Source: Phoronis australis (Eukaryota > Animalia > Phoronida). From it: 64,000 bases of DNA. Each line of letters begins with the position of its first letter. Position 1 is the stretch's first letter. The stretch is from assembly GCA_002633005.1 (NCBI GenBank), contig NMRA01000112.1, forward strand, positions 823,063 to 887,062. Reading direction: 5' to 3'. The notes below the pieces were generated by a model. The model had not been told where the DNA came from. It ran no database searches and worked only from the letters and a program-made list of their open reading frames with translations. The translations under genes were made by a program, and so were the position numbers. Below, one piece after another: positions 28,501-43,500 of this stretch.

Positions 28501-31500
28501 GCGTGTCTCTAAAACTGTACTTCACAGGGGGTTATGGTTCAAGCAGATGGATATACCTTGTGAAGGCCCCAATCAAGCTAAATGAATTAGCCCTGAACTA
28601 AAATATTAATTCGAGAATTCATCGGTCGCCAAAAGCAAACATGCACAACGTACCAGGAAAAGAATGAAGACATTTGTCTTGGAGTGGAGCAGAATTGCCA
28701 AAATTTAGTTGCAGTTCGAGGAGTTCGTTGAGGAACTAGATTTTAGGCTAAGTCAGGGCTGGCAGTCTGAACCCCTGTGCGTGGGTTGAGTTAGAGTTTT
28801 GATAGATATTTCCTAAACTTTCCTGTTCTGCGTCATTTCCAACGGTATAAACGGTACATAGACATATTTACATATTAAATGACCTCATGCCTATGCCGAA
28901 GTCGGAAATGCTGATTAAGCGTTTTTTATGCAATTCTGTGGCAATATTTGAGACAGGTCGGCTTTGTTTGGTGTAGTCTAATCTCGATCTAAATGCAGTC
29001 TTGGTCCGTTTAAAGGAATGAGAGACAACCTTCCCGACAGGACTGTACGTTTCACGCTAACTTTATATCGCGTAATCTCATTGAAAGTGCTTTAAATATC
29101 AACACTTGCAATTGCCACTGTGTTATGTTTACACTCTCCGTATATCCGAATGAACACTCAGAAATTTCATCACTCGACTATAGAGACCGAGCTAATCGAT
29201 TTTCGCTGAGCGACAGATCCGAGTTCAGTTGTCAGTTGAATAGGCGTTTCATTAACGAAGTGATGACTCCGATGACCAAGAGAGTATGAAATACATAGTT
29301 AAGCGTTTATTTAAAGTGTCCTTGAGCTATCACTCGAGTTTCTTTGCAAACCAACCATTGTCAAGTGCCAAGCGTTCCTTTGTAATGTTTGACCTAAACG
29401 ACTTGCTTAGTTTTGAGAAGAGAAATTTCAACGCTGAATTAAGTGCTAAAACAAGAAAAAGTTCTCAAGATAAAGAATTTAAATTTTTTCACGGAAGATA
29501 TCATGGCGTCCATATTAAAATAATCGTATTTCCCTCAAATGCTACTCCGGTAAACATTCGTCGATGAATTCTTACGCGCATGCTCGTTTTAACTGCTATT
29601 AGTTGATCGACGCCTATCGAAGTTTCAGATACTTTATCATTTCGTAGGTCGAAATTAAAACCCACAAGTACAGATTATTTTTTCTTTAATCGTTTTTGGA
29701 AGTTGGATTTGTGATGTTCACAGCCCAAAGTTACAGAAGCCGCCATAAATAGGTGCTCTGTCAAAGACACCAATTTTTAAAACCTGACAGCAGCAAATAT
29801 ACATTTCATATCAACTCCTGCCTAGGTCGATGAGAAGAGGGTTCAGGATTGGAAAGAACTGGTAGTTTGTTTCTGCTTTAGACCATAATCGGTGCAAAAT
29901 GATCCGCTGTTAGTGCCAGACAAACTCGCCCAGCCTGAAGTCTCGAGCAATAACGTACTGTCAGGTCTTTCCAAGCCTAGATAGCACCCCTAATGTGAGT
30001 CAGGAGCAAGTTGAAACAAAAGTCATGTCTGTCACTAGCCAAAATCACATGTCAGTTCCATCGCGTTCTGCTACCATGCAAATAACGCCATGTTATTGGC
30101 GTGCAAAGAAAACGGAAAAAAGGTATTGAAAATATGTAGCCCGTCACGCCACCTGCTTATAGATCCAAACATCGGTTGATTGAAACAAACGAGAATGGGA
30201 AATTTAATCTCCATTTGCAATGCTCTGTTGCACAATTTTACGTCTGCAAACTGCTGTTCGGATGTAGCAAAAGTCAGTCACAGCGTTCAGATCCTTCATG
30301 GAAATTGTATAATTGCCACCTATGACGAAAGGAATGTTTTCTTAGTTGTATGAGCAAAGTAGCCTGTTTTCAATAGTAACACGGAACGAATAATAAAGAT
30401 GAAAGTTACTCAGTGGTGCAATGTACAAAAACAGCGTGCCAAATTTTCCACACACATTCGTTAATGCTTATTTTTTTTCAAATAATATACCTGAGTAATT
30501 TTGTGAAAGTTCTAGTTGGTTAGTTGATTCGATACTCTACGAACTCTGGGCCAGTCAATGTTTCTTCAGATATAGTCATTTACTGGCACTGTTACAGGGT
30601 TGCGGAGGATAACTTGTTGCCCACCTGGATAGATTCCGGCAATTGTCCTTCGATAAACTTTTACATCCTAAGGCAACACCGGCATACCATACCGAGATTC
30701 TGTGCGATTCCGGACGGACGCGGTATTTTCAGACGAAAAAAACTATGGTATTGTCTTCAGTAGCCGATTATTTCTGATTTTGATAACCTTTTCTGCTTCT
30801 GTTTCCTGTAAATTTCTCCTATGGAATAATGTTGCACCAAATGTCGATTTCCACGACGTGTTTGGAATCCGGCTACTGGACGAGACCTTCTCATTACCGG
30901 GTAACCTCGGAGCAAGTGATGCAGTACACCAGTGACAAATTATCGGCAACAGACAAAGCAAAAGCTAAAAAAATGGCATTTGCTGATTTAAAAAATTCTT
31001 TGTGTTGTACACCTTACACAGAATCAACATTTATGTCTAGCATATATAACCGGCATCAAAATGGTTCTCAAAATCTGTGATCCCTGTAAGTAGCCTAACA
31101 TTGCCATAAGTAGCAAGGTTACCTACGCTCATATGAACATGGATATCTTTAAAGATGGCGTTCTTTAAAGTCATGTGTTTTGGTTATATCGTACTGCAGA
31201 AAGACAACATTTTATAAGACTTCCGATTTTTACTATAAAAATCACAAACGTTTTTTTTTTTTTGATAGCCCCCTCTCCAGATAAAAATATAACACTGTGA
31301 AAGCAAATTTTAACTGCCCATCAGTCGTTCCTAAAACTTGTCCAAATCTGGATACGTCAAAAGTTAAATGGTACTATTCCATGTCACATAAAGAAATCAA
31401 TGTGTTCAAAGATGAAGAGGATGATGATGATTTTTTAGCATGACGACGACAAGGACGACGATGATGAAGAAGTCGACAATGACAACAGCGTCTAGGATAT

Positions 31501-34500
31501 TAATCACAATGGTGACAACGAAGATGATGATCATAACGTTTGTGAAGTTGAAGAAGGTGATGACGATAACGATGACATTATGATGACGATGCATGACAAA
31601 GAAGATAACGATAGCGACAATAATGAGGACGATCTGTCTATCAAGGGAATATAGAAAACTCAACATAAATTCCACTCTTTGGAGACAACGTGCTTTCATC
31701 GGTTCTTCACCATACGCCATTCGACGTTTTGGTACACGAGTCAGCTAATTACTGTCCTTTGGGTTACTGGTCACATCTCACCATATTGTCTGCGAGGAAA
31801 GAATTCCAAAATTCTCTTGAAAGGAACATGCTTTCTATTAACAAGATTTCGTTAATAAGTTTGGCCTTTTAGTCAGTCTTAATCAGCTGGTACCCGTTAA
31901 TGAAGCACTGGTCAGATTTTTAATAACCTCCAAAGTATTACAAGCTGGCCATTAGGACTTTTACGTCTTGGTCAAATTACCACAGTGTCACCATACTAAA
32001 GTACTTAAAGCATCAGTTGTTCAAACATTTGAATAACAGCGTCAATGTTGGCTTGTGATTATTTTGTTACATGACACATTCATTATTGTATTTCCATTCG
32101 TTGTTAATAACGGTAGAGTCGATGCCTGTTTTTAATGCACAGTGTTGTGCCTTTCAACATCTAGGTCTTCTAAATGGATTTCCTGTTGCGTGGACACAAT
32201 GCGCAACAGCACGTAATAACAAGAACGTGCCAAGCGAGCTCAAGGTATGCGAGAGAAGCCAAAACAAAACACGTGGGATACAAAACTTCTCATGATTCTG
32301 TTGGGCGCTATTGCTTAGACCAATGGATGGCATTCAAAGATATGGTTTGGGAAATAAAGTGCAGGATGGTGACCCCTTTGTAATATTTGTCCCTTGTTGG
32401 AAAGTACGGAAAAGCACGTCGAGTTGGTTGCATTTGGTGTGGCCTTTTGCCACCAACTTAGAAAATGTAGAAATGGTGAGAGTGTCTTCATTAAATTACA
32501 CAAGCACGGGAATTCTTGTGAATTTCAACAATATCTACCAATCGGCCTATCACACATATACGGTAGTATCTACACAGTTCGTTATCAAAATATGAATTCA
32601 GAATACTAAATTTAGTCGCTAATGATGCTACTTTTGCATAATGAACGCAAAAACACTCACAGCTTTCAAAGCCTTTTATTTTTTAGCTAAGAATTATTTT
32701 CTAAAATGTTGTTGGTATATCTTATTTAAATCAGTCGAAATGTGTTGGGATAAATCCCAGTAGACTCGACATTTTTGTTTCGTGATATGTTGACTTTAGC
32801 GTCCGTCGCTACGCCGCGCATCACTGGCCTCAGTCTCATAAAGCTCACCCTGAACAGGTTCAAAACTATGCAGTGTAATCGATTAACCAAAATTGGTTGA
32901 TTTCATTAAGACACCCCTTCCTCCTTCCACTCTCTGACACGTCAGTAGACGTTAATCAATTTTATACGAAGCAAGGTTTGCTAAATGGTCGAGGTGGCTT
33001 GTTAATCTTGTTAAAATTGAAATACAATTGCGAACTGTGTGCAAGTTTTTATACACATGAAGACCTGTAACTCTTACTAAAATTTAAAACTCCTGGCCAC
33101 TGCATTTACAAATGTGAACAATGCATGAAATATGTCAATACAAAACTTAATCTGTAAATATAGTGCACAATGCGTAAAGATAATATATGCCTATACACAG
33201 TGTATACTAAGTAAAACAACATGATGAAGACCTTGATTATGTTGTGGTGACACTAGGCGATGTCAGAAGGACGACGGAGGTCCCCATAGAGATGGTGGCG
33301 AAGACGACGACGACGACAATGGTGAAAAAATTATAAACGTTATGGTGACCATGACTACATCAATGACGATGACGATGATATTGATGATGACGATGACAGC
33401 GTGAGTATGATGTTAATTGTGAATTTGACAATAGTGATGACGCTGACAATAACGATGGTGTCGATGGTGAACATGGAAGTGACGGTGATTATCACGACGG
33501 AGGAAACGCGGTCTATCGCAACTGACACAAACGACATGGTGCCAGCAAATAGAGTTACCACGTGATGAGAATTTTCATTGCCGGACTACATTAACCAGAT
33601 TGTTAGTCCGTCACCTCCCTCTCGAGGGAGAAAAAGTTGAGACCCTCATGTTCATGTTCAAACACCGCACAATTGAGAGATTTTTTGGGATAAGTTCCTC
33701 CGAAGTGCCTGGCAATTTTAATACTTTAATAACATGGATCTCTCTTGAATCCGTACAAGGTACCACGGACTTGCCATATTGGGAGCTTGAAATTCAAGGA
33801 GTTACTAACCCGTTTTGAAAAATTCATGAATTTGAAAGCGGATCCCATACTTTGGATAGTCATGGCTTAATGAAAGGATAATGTCAAGTCTCAACACATT
33901 ATACATGTTTGAAGATCTTTGCAATATTACAGTTACTGTTACTCCTCTTGAAATGTCATTGATACGTATACACGATATTTGAAGGGGATCTTTAAAGTAC
34001 TTAAAGCACGGTGTTTTATTTGCGAGCCGCTTTTGAGGTTTCTTTAATTTCGGTGAGCAGGAATTACAGAATCAGTGTTATAAATATTTGCCTTTTTGAA
34101 AGGTTGTTTGATTCGGGTTAGTTCTAAAGGTCTTGAAGTGCTCTGTAAGAAAAATCTGACTTTTGATAAACGGAAGTGTCTAGCTTTTCGATAATCTTCA
34201 ATTCCGAAGGAGGACGAAGTTAAAACTTACTTAAGTTAGCAATTTAATATGTAGCATTCTCGATTTGTTCCAACAGAATATAAAAGTACACACCTAAAAG
34301 CGCTTCACTTTCATTCTTCATTCGTTGATACGTCATTACTTCCAAAATATTATCTTTTAATAAATCGTTGTTTACGCAGTCAGGTTTTCTTGTAACTAAT
34401 TCCACCTGTCATGTTTTTAGCACGGGATGTTTGTTATAACCATGCTCGTCATTTGGATTTTGTTATTACTGACAATACGCTGCATTTACCGAAAGTTTGT

Positions 34501-37500
34501 ACAGGGCTCGCTCTCAAGTGTCTTTTCAATTTCTTAAAGGTCAGCGACATCTATAGACATTACATTGTGCGAACAGCCGCACATCACTGATCCGATTGCG
34601 ACATGAGGATTGTTAAAGGAGCTATAAAACCGACTTCGGTTAAATCAAACTCTCTTTCGATTCAAACCAACTACTTGTGTATAAAGGACTCAACGTGTTT
34701 TGTTCCTCATATAAGTTAGAATGGGGTTTCTTGGCAGCGGAATAGTTTCGTTATTGCCAGTTGAGTGAGACCATTTTAAGCAAGTTGTGTCAAGCCATCT
34801 AAGCTTACTATTGTACCTATTTTCTTAACACCATCCATAATGCCTTGGTTCAGCCAAATGCATTATCAAAGATGAACCCAACGCAATCTTGCCTGAATAC
34901 ATTTGCACTGTTGAAGCGAGCTATGATGGAATGCACAGAGAGAAAGTGTTCTTATAACTTACACACGTATTTAATGTCTGCTTGAAACCAATCGGTGTCA
35001 ATCCGTCTCACGCTTTTGAAAACGTTGATTTTTGAACTTGCAGAGTTTGGTGAAGATAAACGATGTCTGGTTGTTGAATGGTCAACCAAGAATGATGTCA
35101 GCCGTTCATAGCAAATTGTCAACATACATAAGCACGTACATGTATGTAGACTTTTCGGTGTATTTAAATGAATATGTTGAGCACTGCATGACTTTACAAA
35201 GTCAAAGCTACATTTCGCCCTCGTTATCTGACTAAAACAAAAATGGAATTAGGCCTTTTAATCTCATTAAATCGATCGCATTACGTTCTTTCCCGTGACT
35301 GGATTCTATTATCATTACGAACTGAAGTCACAGATAGTGCTAGTAAACTATGCGCCATTGTAATCGAATTAGCAATTTTTGTGTACAGTGTAGGTCAACC
35401 CCTTTAAACTCTGAGGCGTTTTATTGAATTGCTGACTGTTTCAATGCCTTGTTGATAACGGAATTAGAATTTTATCACGGTAAGGAATATTATGAGACCA
35501 ATTTAAGAGATCAAAACACACGGCTTGCAGCCACCCAATCATGGCAAACTGCAGCGTTAACTGGCGAAACATCAGCCATAATTCAGATGACAAACGGTGT
35601 GATCGTCTTGTTCACTCTTCACATCTCACTCAAGCATCTAGTTTTTTATGCCCGGAAAGAAAAGCCTTCAAACACAATCTTTGAGCAGAGTTGTCTAAAT
35701 ATTTAAATTGTTCAATCACGCTTACAGATTATCTAGTAGCGTTCTGTGGTAAAATTGACTTGCTTGGCTTTCAAGATCTTCACTAGGCTCTAACCCAAAT
35801 ACAGAGTCTGGGTTCGAGACTAAGGAATCTCATGGTGGAACAAGTCAACATCCAGTGTACATGTATAGTGGTAAATTTAGAGATACATACATACGCACGA
35901 AGCCCAGCATATCATCTTGTTATCTACGCGCTATTGTACATCAATGTCAGGTATATAGAGGACTAAGACCGCACTACCCTTGGCCGATTTTGACCCTATC
36001 ACTGGCCTTCTGGTCAATCAAAGCCCTTGTTTGCACAGCTATCTCGGACACCTGAAAAAAGGCATAATTGACAGAAAATACTACCTATGGGGTTTCTCAA
36101 AAATGAAGGAAATCATCATGTCTCTTTACCGTGCTACATCCTTCGTGAATAAACATTCGAGGTACCAAAAATGACCAAAAAAGTGCGATTTTGGGTATAC
36201 TTTTTTCCTAAATCACACATTCACGACTGCCCCGGAGCAAGAAAAGAGACCATAATCCGGATTCTCTTTTACTCTAGATTCCAGAAATTTCAGTTAAAAT
36301 CTGTCATTAACAACCAGATTTTTGAAAATTTTCTCTTGACTGAAGCATACCTGGATTCGCGCCAAGCATTCAAAACTCAATAAGGATGTGCTCTCAAAAT
36401 ATCGGCACTTCTATATCTTTATAGACAAGAACACATACCAAATTTCTACTCGAAACAACGCCAATGAACTGGTGCATACAGTGTTCGAACTCAGCAAATA
36501 AATATGCTGATCCGCCGAGACAGTTAGTCTTAAAATTCACTGTCCAAGATGCAAAGTTAACTTTTAAAAATTACTGGCCCGGCCGCAACTCCAATGGTCC
36601 CAAAGACACATGGCCAGTGCATTCGACAGTTGACTGAATACCATTTAATTGTGGCAATCACTTCCCATCTAGTCTACAAAACTGCCGTCTAAACCAAACC
36701 AACCCATTTTATTCATTTTTGGGGAAAGCTACACGAGCCTCTACTGTGGCCTTAGACCATGAGGTACATTGTAAATGAAAAAGTTGGTGTACCGCTTCTA
36801 CGTGGGTTTACGCCAAACGCGTGTCGGATTGATCTTGTTTAAACTTAGAATGTTGGTGGACAAAGTGAGTTTTCTGATGAATCTGTGTCTGGTCAAAACG
36901 TTGATGACAATAGTATCTAATGACATGGAGTTTAGGTACGCAGTTGAAAGTTCTGTGCGAATCATGTTTTCTGTCGCCAGAGTCTCGCCTAATCACAACC
37001 TTTTTATGTTAGTTGGCGCAAAAGCATGTAATTGTAAATCAATCAATTGATAGTGAGTTCGGGGTTTCAGTCTGCAGCGTATTAGATGAACGCATAAATT
37101 GAAGAAACTTCCAATTAGCCTCCCAGTGCACATTTCATAGTAAACACCGTCATTTACGTGTCAACTTGATTCATTCTCCGGCAGAAACAATGAGCTCCGT
37201 TCTGTTGCTGTCTCGCTACATCTAATACTGAGTGTAGTTGATATAAATAATGCAATTAAATGAAAAGATGCCAGAGAAGAACTGTATGAATGATGAGGGT
37301 GATCAGTCAGTGATGTGGTGAAACGACACAGTCTCAGATATAACACATCACAGTTGACCAGAACATTGTTTTTAACTTGAGTTGAAATATCATTTACAGA
37401 GCAATCTTAAAATTCTGTTGTCCTGGGCCCGGTCTCTAATCTTTGTACTCGAAACGAACTCGAAACTATTTTTGGCAATTTCTCTGCTCTTTTTGTGCGA

Positions 37501-40500
37501 ACTTAAGATAATTGGTTATCAGACTGTGTTCGAATACATTATCGTTTATGCATAGGAGTTTTTAGTTCAAGTTTGCCGTTGAAGACCCTTATATTCGTGC
37601 TACAAACTCGAGTAAAAACTCGAAATTTCGAGTTCAAACTCGAACTTATTGCTTTAATATTGGGTTTACAAACTGTGAACTAAGGGCAATAAATTATCCA
37701 CGTAAGTTATTGTGTACTCGAGCATAGAATAATAGACACTTATCTTGAGTTCACCCAAAAGTAGAGTAGAAAATGCCAAACCTAATTTCGAGTTCCATTT
37801 CGAGTAAAAANTCTTAAAGTTATGGAAACCACCCTAATAATTTGGCTTAATTTGGCAGTTCATATCTCATGAAAGGCTATTCGGATTCATAAGAAACTTT
37901 CAGACAATATTTTAGGCGTTCTTCTCCAATACGCGTTGAATTCTTTTGCCCAGTCTTGCATGAGGACTGTCAAAATAGGACTTTATGATTTTCAAGAAAA
38001 AAATAAAAAAAATGTATAAAATGAATACGAACTGATAATTAAGAAGCTAACAGCGCTTTTGAAATTCCGTTTTGAATATTTATATCAAATTAAATTTAGG
38101 ATTTTATCGATAGACTTGTTTTACTATCAATTTACCATTCCTTTTGTTTGAATTTACAGCGAAACGTTGTCACGTGATGCAGCCATGGGCAGATTGGTAA
38201 ACAGCCAAAAATCAAAATCTAGTGTTGTTACAGTAGATTCTTGCTCCAACTAAGCAGACTTGTCGTTAGTATCTTACATAACCTCAAAAAGTGTTTGAAC
38301 GGACTGGTGTGATCTCACGACTTCATGTTTCACAACTCGGGTGAGAAACGCGTACATATATGGTATTCAAAGACTGCTAAATGTTAGCATTTTCGCGAAG
38401 TCATATTCACTAACAAACTGAACTCCAGTAAAGGATATCGCCAGTATTTCTTCTTTCTGTTGACAGCCATCTTTACAAAGAAGTCCCAGGCTATAGTTGT
38501 TATGAAAAAAAAAAAAAAAAATTAGTTTTCGCAATTTGTGACACAACAGCGTTTTGAACGACTTTTAGTAGGGATCAAACTTTCTCCAGCTAAAGGGCTG
38601 CTACGGAACTGATAATATAATATGCACATCACAGTTTTAAAAATGCTGCTTCCAACCCGAGTGTAGAGATTTATTTTGTTTTTTTGTAAAGACTTGATAC
38701 ATGTGGGAAGCATGTTCCATTTAGAAACACTTCCTTAAAATCATATTTAATCGACAATTTTTCTAAAATACAAAATGGTCAAACTTGGCAAAATGTTTTT
38801 TGTGACACTAGCAAAAAATCATTTGAACTTAAGCTTTGCGAACTAAAGCAAATGCTGATTTACAAGAATGTTTCTATATTTTCGTCATTTTGCGGGCCCA
38901 TACCAATATTTACCGGTACCTAAATTCTCCTTTCCACAGTTCCTCCAATGACGTTCCCCACGTCTCAATATTCCCAGGGTCCTATGTTCCCCAGTTCTAA
39001 TGCCAATCTCCAGACGTTTATTCGCGTCAAAATTACTGAGACCCGATGTTCTCTCTTTCCTATCACACCTCGACTCGATGTTACGTTATTTCTGTTGCCA
39101 ACTTTTTTGTACCAGAATGCCAAACGTTTTGTGTTGTGTGGCACATTTTTTCGTTCTCCAATAAACGTGTATTATGCCCATAATTTTGTTATCGTTCGTG
39201 TTTTTAAACATGGTCATCCTAAAAAGCAATTCACATGAGGTGATAATTCAATGGTGGTGGTTATTAAAATTTTGGAATCAAACAACACGTTGACGACCTT
39301 TCGTTGCACCATCGCCTTATCTCACGTCGCATATAATATAGCTCCCCCCTCTTTGGTGTTAAAGCTTGACCCAACCATACACACACACTTACACAATCCT
39401 CCATGTGTTTTATATACTACTCTAGGTATGTTGCGAGCAGTATCGGCGTTTTGAGTATGTTTGGTCTAAAAACGACCCAGCGTGTAATCAGGTCGGATAA
39501 ATGTGTATGTTTGTAGTTATTAGACCTGCTTGGCGGGTAAAGATCATCAGCGTGACTTCCTTAAATATCTTTAATCAACTCCATCTGTCTCTTGATAGTC
39601 GCTATGTTTGATATTGGTACCTGTTCGCTGGCATTTTCCTATGTAGACTCAAATGCCGTGCGAAACATTTAAAGTGAATCTAAACCACGTATTCGGGTTT
39701 CATGTCTTTTATGGCCGCAAAAGAACATTTCGTGTGTACTGCTACATGCATGACAAATCACATGGTCCAAAACATTTAAAACAAGAGCTAAAGTAGGCTA
39801 GAACTGGCGAGACATATATCGCATCCGAGACCCAGCATACTTCCTACAAGGCTCTCCATTTCGTAACAAAAATTATTAAATTTCGTTGATAGAAGTGCTG
39901 CTCATACACAGTATCAGAAAATTTCAGTTGGTTTTTGAGCATTCGGTACATAAGTCACAATCTACGTGCTCCACAGAGCACCCGAACCATGTAAAGCGAA
40001 TTAATTCACGCGTAGGATTTAGTGTTCGTATACCAGCGGGATAATAAAGGTTCATGTTTTCTTACCAAGTAAATGGATTTTGTCCTGTTACATGTACGTG
40101 CTGTTGTAAAGCGAGCTCTCAATTTTCCAGAAAGAAATAAACCATTACAAAGTAAAGTATTTTGTCTTACTGTATCACTAATTGGTGGATCGTGTCCCAT
40201 GTAGAATTAGCGGCATTCGGTGTCCAGCACCTATTTCCGGCATGGAGAAGATCGAAAAAGACGGAACGAAACGCTTTCGGCATGTTGTATTCAATTTAAG
40301 ATCTACGTGGACACAGTTTCCTTTGGAATAGGTAGATGGAGCTTCCTCTTTGGAAATGTTGGATCCGCTATTGTCTGTGGTTAAAGGCGGGTGTCATTTT
40401 CCCATAGTCATTGATTATTAAAGGTTGTGTATGCATTATCCAAATTTCTACAAATCTATAGATTGTAACTGAATGAAAGTTTTCTGAAAGCAGAAATATT

Positions 40501-43500
40501 TTCGAAATTTTAATAATCATTTAGGTCAAGTGATGTGGCCAACAGGTGGCGTGCAGAAAAGACTTATAAAATGTTTAGAATCTGTCATCTATTGGGTGAC
40601 GGGGCTGTGTCTTTTTGATAAAGTTTAGCAAATTAAAAAGGTACATTCATAACAGGACGACCTTACACTTGTAGGCTCACATATTTTGTTTGACGTAGAT
40701 GCCCAAGACATCTAAAAACGATGTTGTTGTTACTTTAATTATTATTTTGTTTTCATTCGTACGCAACATTTAAACTCAAACGGCCACACAAGATTGCCGA
40801 CATAGTAGACTGTTAGATTTTTTGCAAGTTGAGGGGATCGTTCCGTAGATGAAAGACATTTAGCCTGTCTCCTCAACCAGTATCTGTCCAGCGAAATAAT
40901 ATGGATATATTCTGAACAATCGTCATTGTTACAACTTTAAAGTTGTTGCTTGCTAAATGCATGTTAATTTCGCCCTTGATTCTATGTTACCTCCACTATG
41001 CTGATTGTTCGTGGTATTCTAATGCATCCAGTTATAGGTTACACCGATGTCAACGTAAAATTATCAGAGTCTTACTAAAACTCCAGCCTCGAACTGGTAT
41101 CGAAGCATTCGAATTCAGCCAAGTCAATTTTTTTCTATTTTCTTTCGTAGCCTTTGTTCTTAAAACGTGATGTACGGATGTTCTCACCTCTGCTCCTCCA
41201 TACTCGCTTCTTAAACAGAGCTGAAAGTCCACCAGAGGGCTTTCCACTGCTTGGTGAAATGGCTATAAACCAAAAGTATGAGATGATAATTTTTGCTCAC
41301 TGTGTTAGTACTAACCAAATGGAAGTCCCTTGACACAAAGACGGCAAATGGTCTCACCGGTTATGTTTCGCCTCGTTTTACCTTACTCTAACAACAACGA
41401 ATCAAATCGTCTGCTAGTCGATAACTAACCAACCCTGAAGCAAAAATGGTTGGAAGTCCGCACAGTGAAAGATTTGAATCAAGTGCCATGTTACACATGA
41501 AATATTAACTTGCACAAGTCGAAATTAGGATCGCGTGAAAAAATTTGTCTCCAGAATTAAAACAGTGAATGTAAGTGCACGAAAATCAAGCCCGTGTAAA
41601 GAAACTTTTCACTCCACGATTCCACTTTTCGCTCATCATTCCGCCATTTGTATTTTTTAACTTACCGGTAAATTCGTGGACTAAAGCATTTTTTGCTCAT
41701 TTTGTGACATTGGGGTCACTACATGACGTCATTAGGTCAACAAAAAACTGACAAGATGGCAGACGATTCTATTCGTTGTTGATAGAGGAAGGAAAAACAA
41801 GCGAAATATAACGGGTAAGATCGTTTGCTGTTTTCTAAACGTGTCACGCGAAATTGATTTTATTAGCGCTAACACACTGAGCAAAACATTTCCTCTCATT
41901 CTCTTGGTGTATATCCATTTTACCAAGTGGTGAGTATTGGCTAATCGTCTGCCATCTTCCAGTCTTAGTTTTTGATCTAACGACGTCATGCTGTGACCTG
42001 AACGCCAGCCAATGAGCCCAGTGAATGCTTTAGTTCATGAGTTCGCCCGCAGATTAAAACTGCAAATGGCGGAGTGACAATCCAAAAGTAAAAAACGCGA
42101 AGTTTAGAGTGAGTAAGTTCTTTCGAAGGGTTTGATTTCTGTGCAGTTATATGCACCGTAATCTTTCTTAAGATCAGTGTGTTCCAGTAGCAGATTTGGA
42201 GGGGGGTAAAAGGGGCCCGTGTCCCCTACTAAAATTCTCCCAGAATCCATTTGGCAGTTCGGGGATGCGAATATCTGACGGCCAAAATCCGGGATAATAC
42301 TCTGCTCTGCATCCCACTAACTCAAAATCCTGAATCCTCCCCTGTGTTCACGTGAAAGCAATATTGACGCCAGCGGGTTAATGTTTGACTTGCAATTCTT
42401 GTATGATGTGCATGGGACTTCCTTCTACACTTTTCACTGCGCGGACTCCCAACCCTGTTTGAGGGTTGATTTACCGACTAGCAAAAGCACCTACCTCTCC
42501 GTTGCAAATTCCCTAATGCGAAACGTCTGGCAAGGCATCATTTCATTGCAGTGGTGTTCGAGCCTTGAATGAAGTTCCTCACCACATTAAAGACATCACA
42601 CCCTTCCTTCTTTTAAACGATCAACTACAACCATTTTGTTTAATAAACTGCCTAATAACGAGGGTAACAGGCCTGTCTATTACTGAGTTTTACTTTTATA
42701 TTCTATATTCTGATAGCTACTTTTGTTGTTCATATCGCCTATCTTTATTTCCAAGTATCATTTGTGCATTTAAATCTATTTGTATTTTGTTCCGGTTTTG
42801 GTATGTTTACATATTCATTTGAACTATTGAATCTTTTTCCAACAACCAATTGACAATTGATACATGTATAATAAATACCTGCCTTTTTACTATCCATGTT
42901 TCCCACTTGTACTTTTATTCGTTTTCATTTTCCATTATTTTCTGTTATTTTTGTATATGTGTGAGCCAAATAAATCAATTAAAAGTAAAAGGCTTGGGAA
43001 CAAAACTTGTGTGATCATACGCTTCGCGAGTAATGAATAGCGATATCTCCCTTTTCTCGCTAGAAATTTGCTCTACGAACGCAGCTCAGGTCATATGATT
43101 ATTACGTGGCCGTCATATTCAAACACACTGGTGTAGCTACTAGAGGCATGATTGTCATTCATTTCAATTTTGCATTTTGTCCCCCTATAAAAGGTCATGC
43201 GTTTCATCGCCATCCCTGGTGGCCAGCAGGTTCGTGTTTGCCCTCCCTGTCGAATACTTCTGGCTATGTCAGTGTTTTCTCAAGCATACGGCACGACATG
43301 GCGTTTCAAAAAGACAAGTAAAACTGTTGATTTGCTAACGAGTTGAGTGACAAATGGTTGTTCGCGATTTCGTATTGTATGTAATTATTCCAATCAATTC
43401 GTCAAAATTTGTCTTAACTTCCTGCAATGTAGCCAGATGTATTCATTGCCTTCTTAGACTAAAAACAACCTGCAGCTGCTCACGTTTGTAGTATTTCTAA

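Larger units (their letters stand above)
40680..42990 (+). mobile_element. 3' part of an L2/CR1-group LINE (ORF2 C-terminus and 3' tail), interrupted by a foldback element
   Basis: Relic peptides [32 protein letters not shown]...[14 protein letters not shown], and after the insertion [23 protein letters not shown]. Ends in an AATAAATCAATTAAAAGTAAAA tail. Confidence 0.7.
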
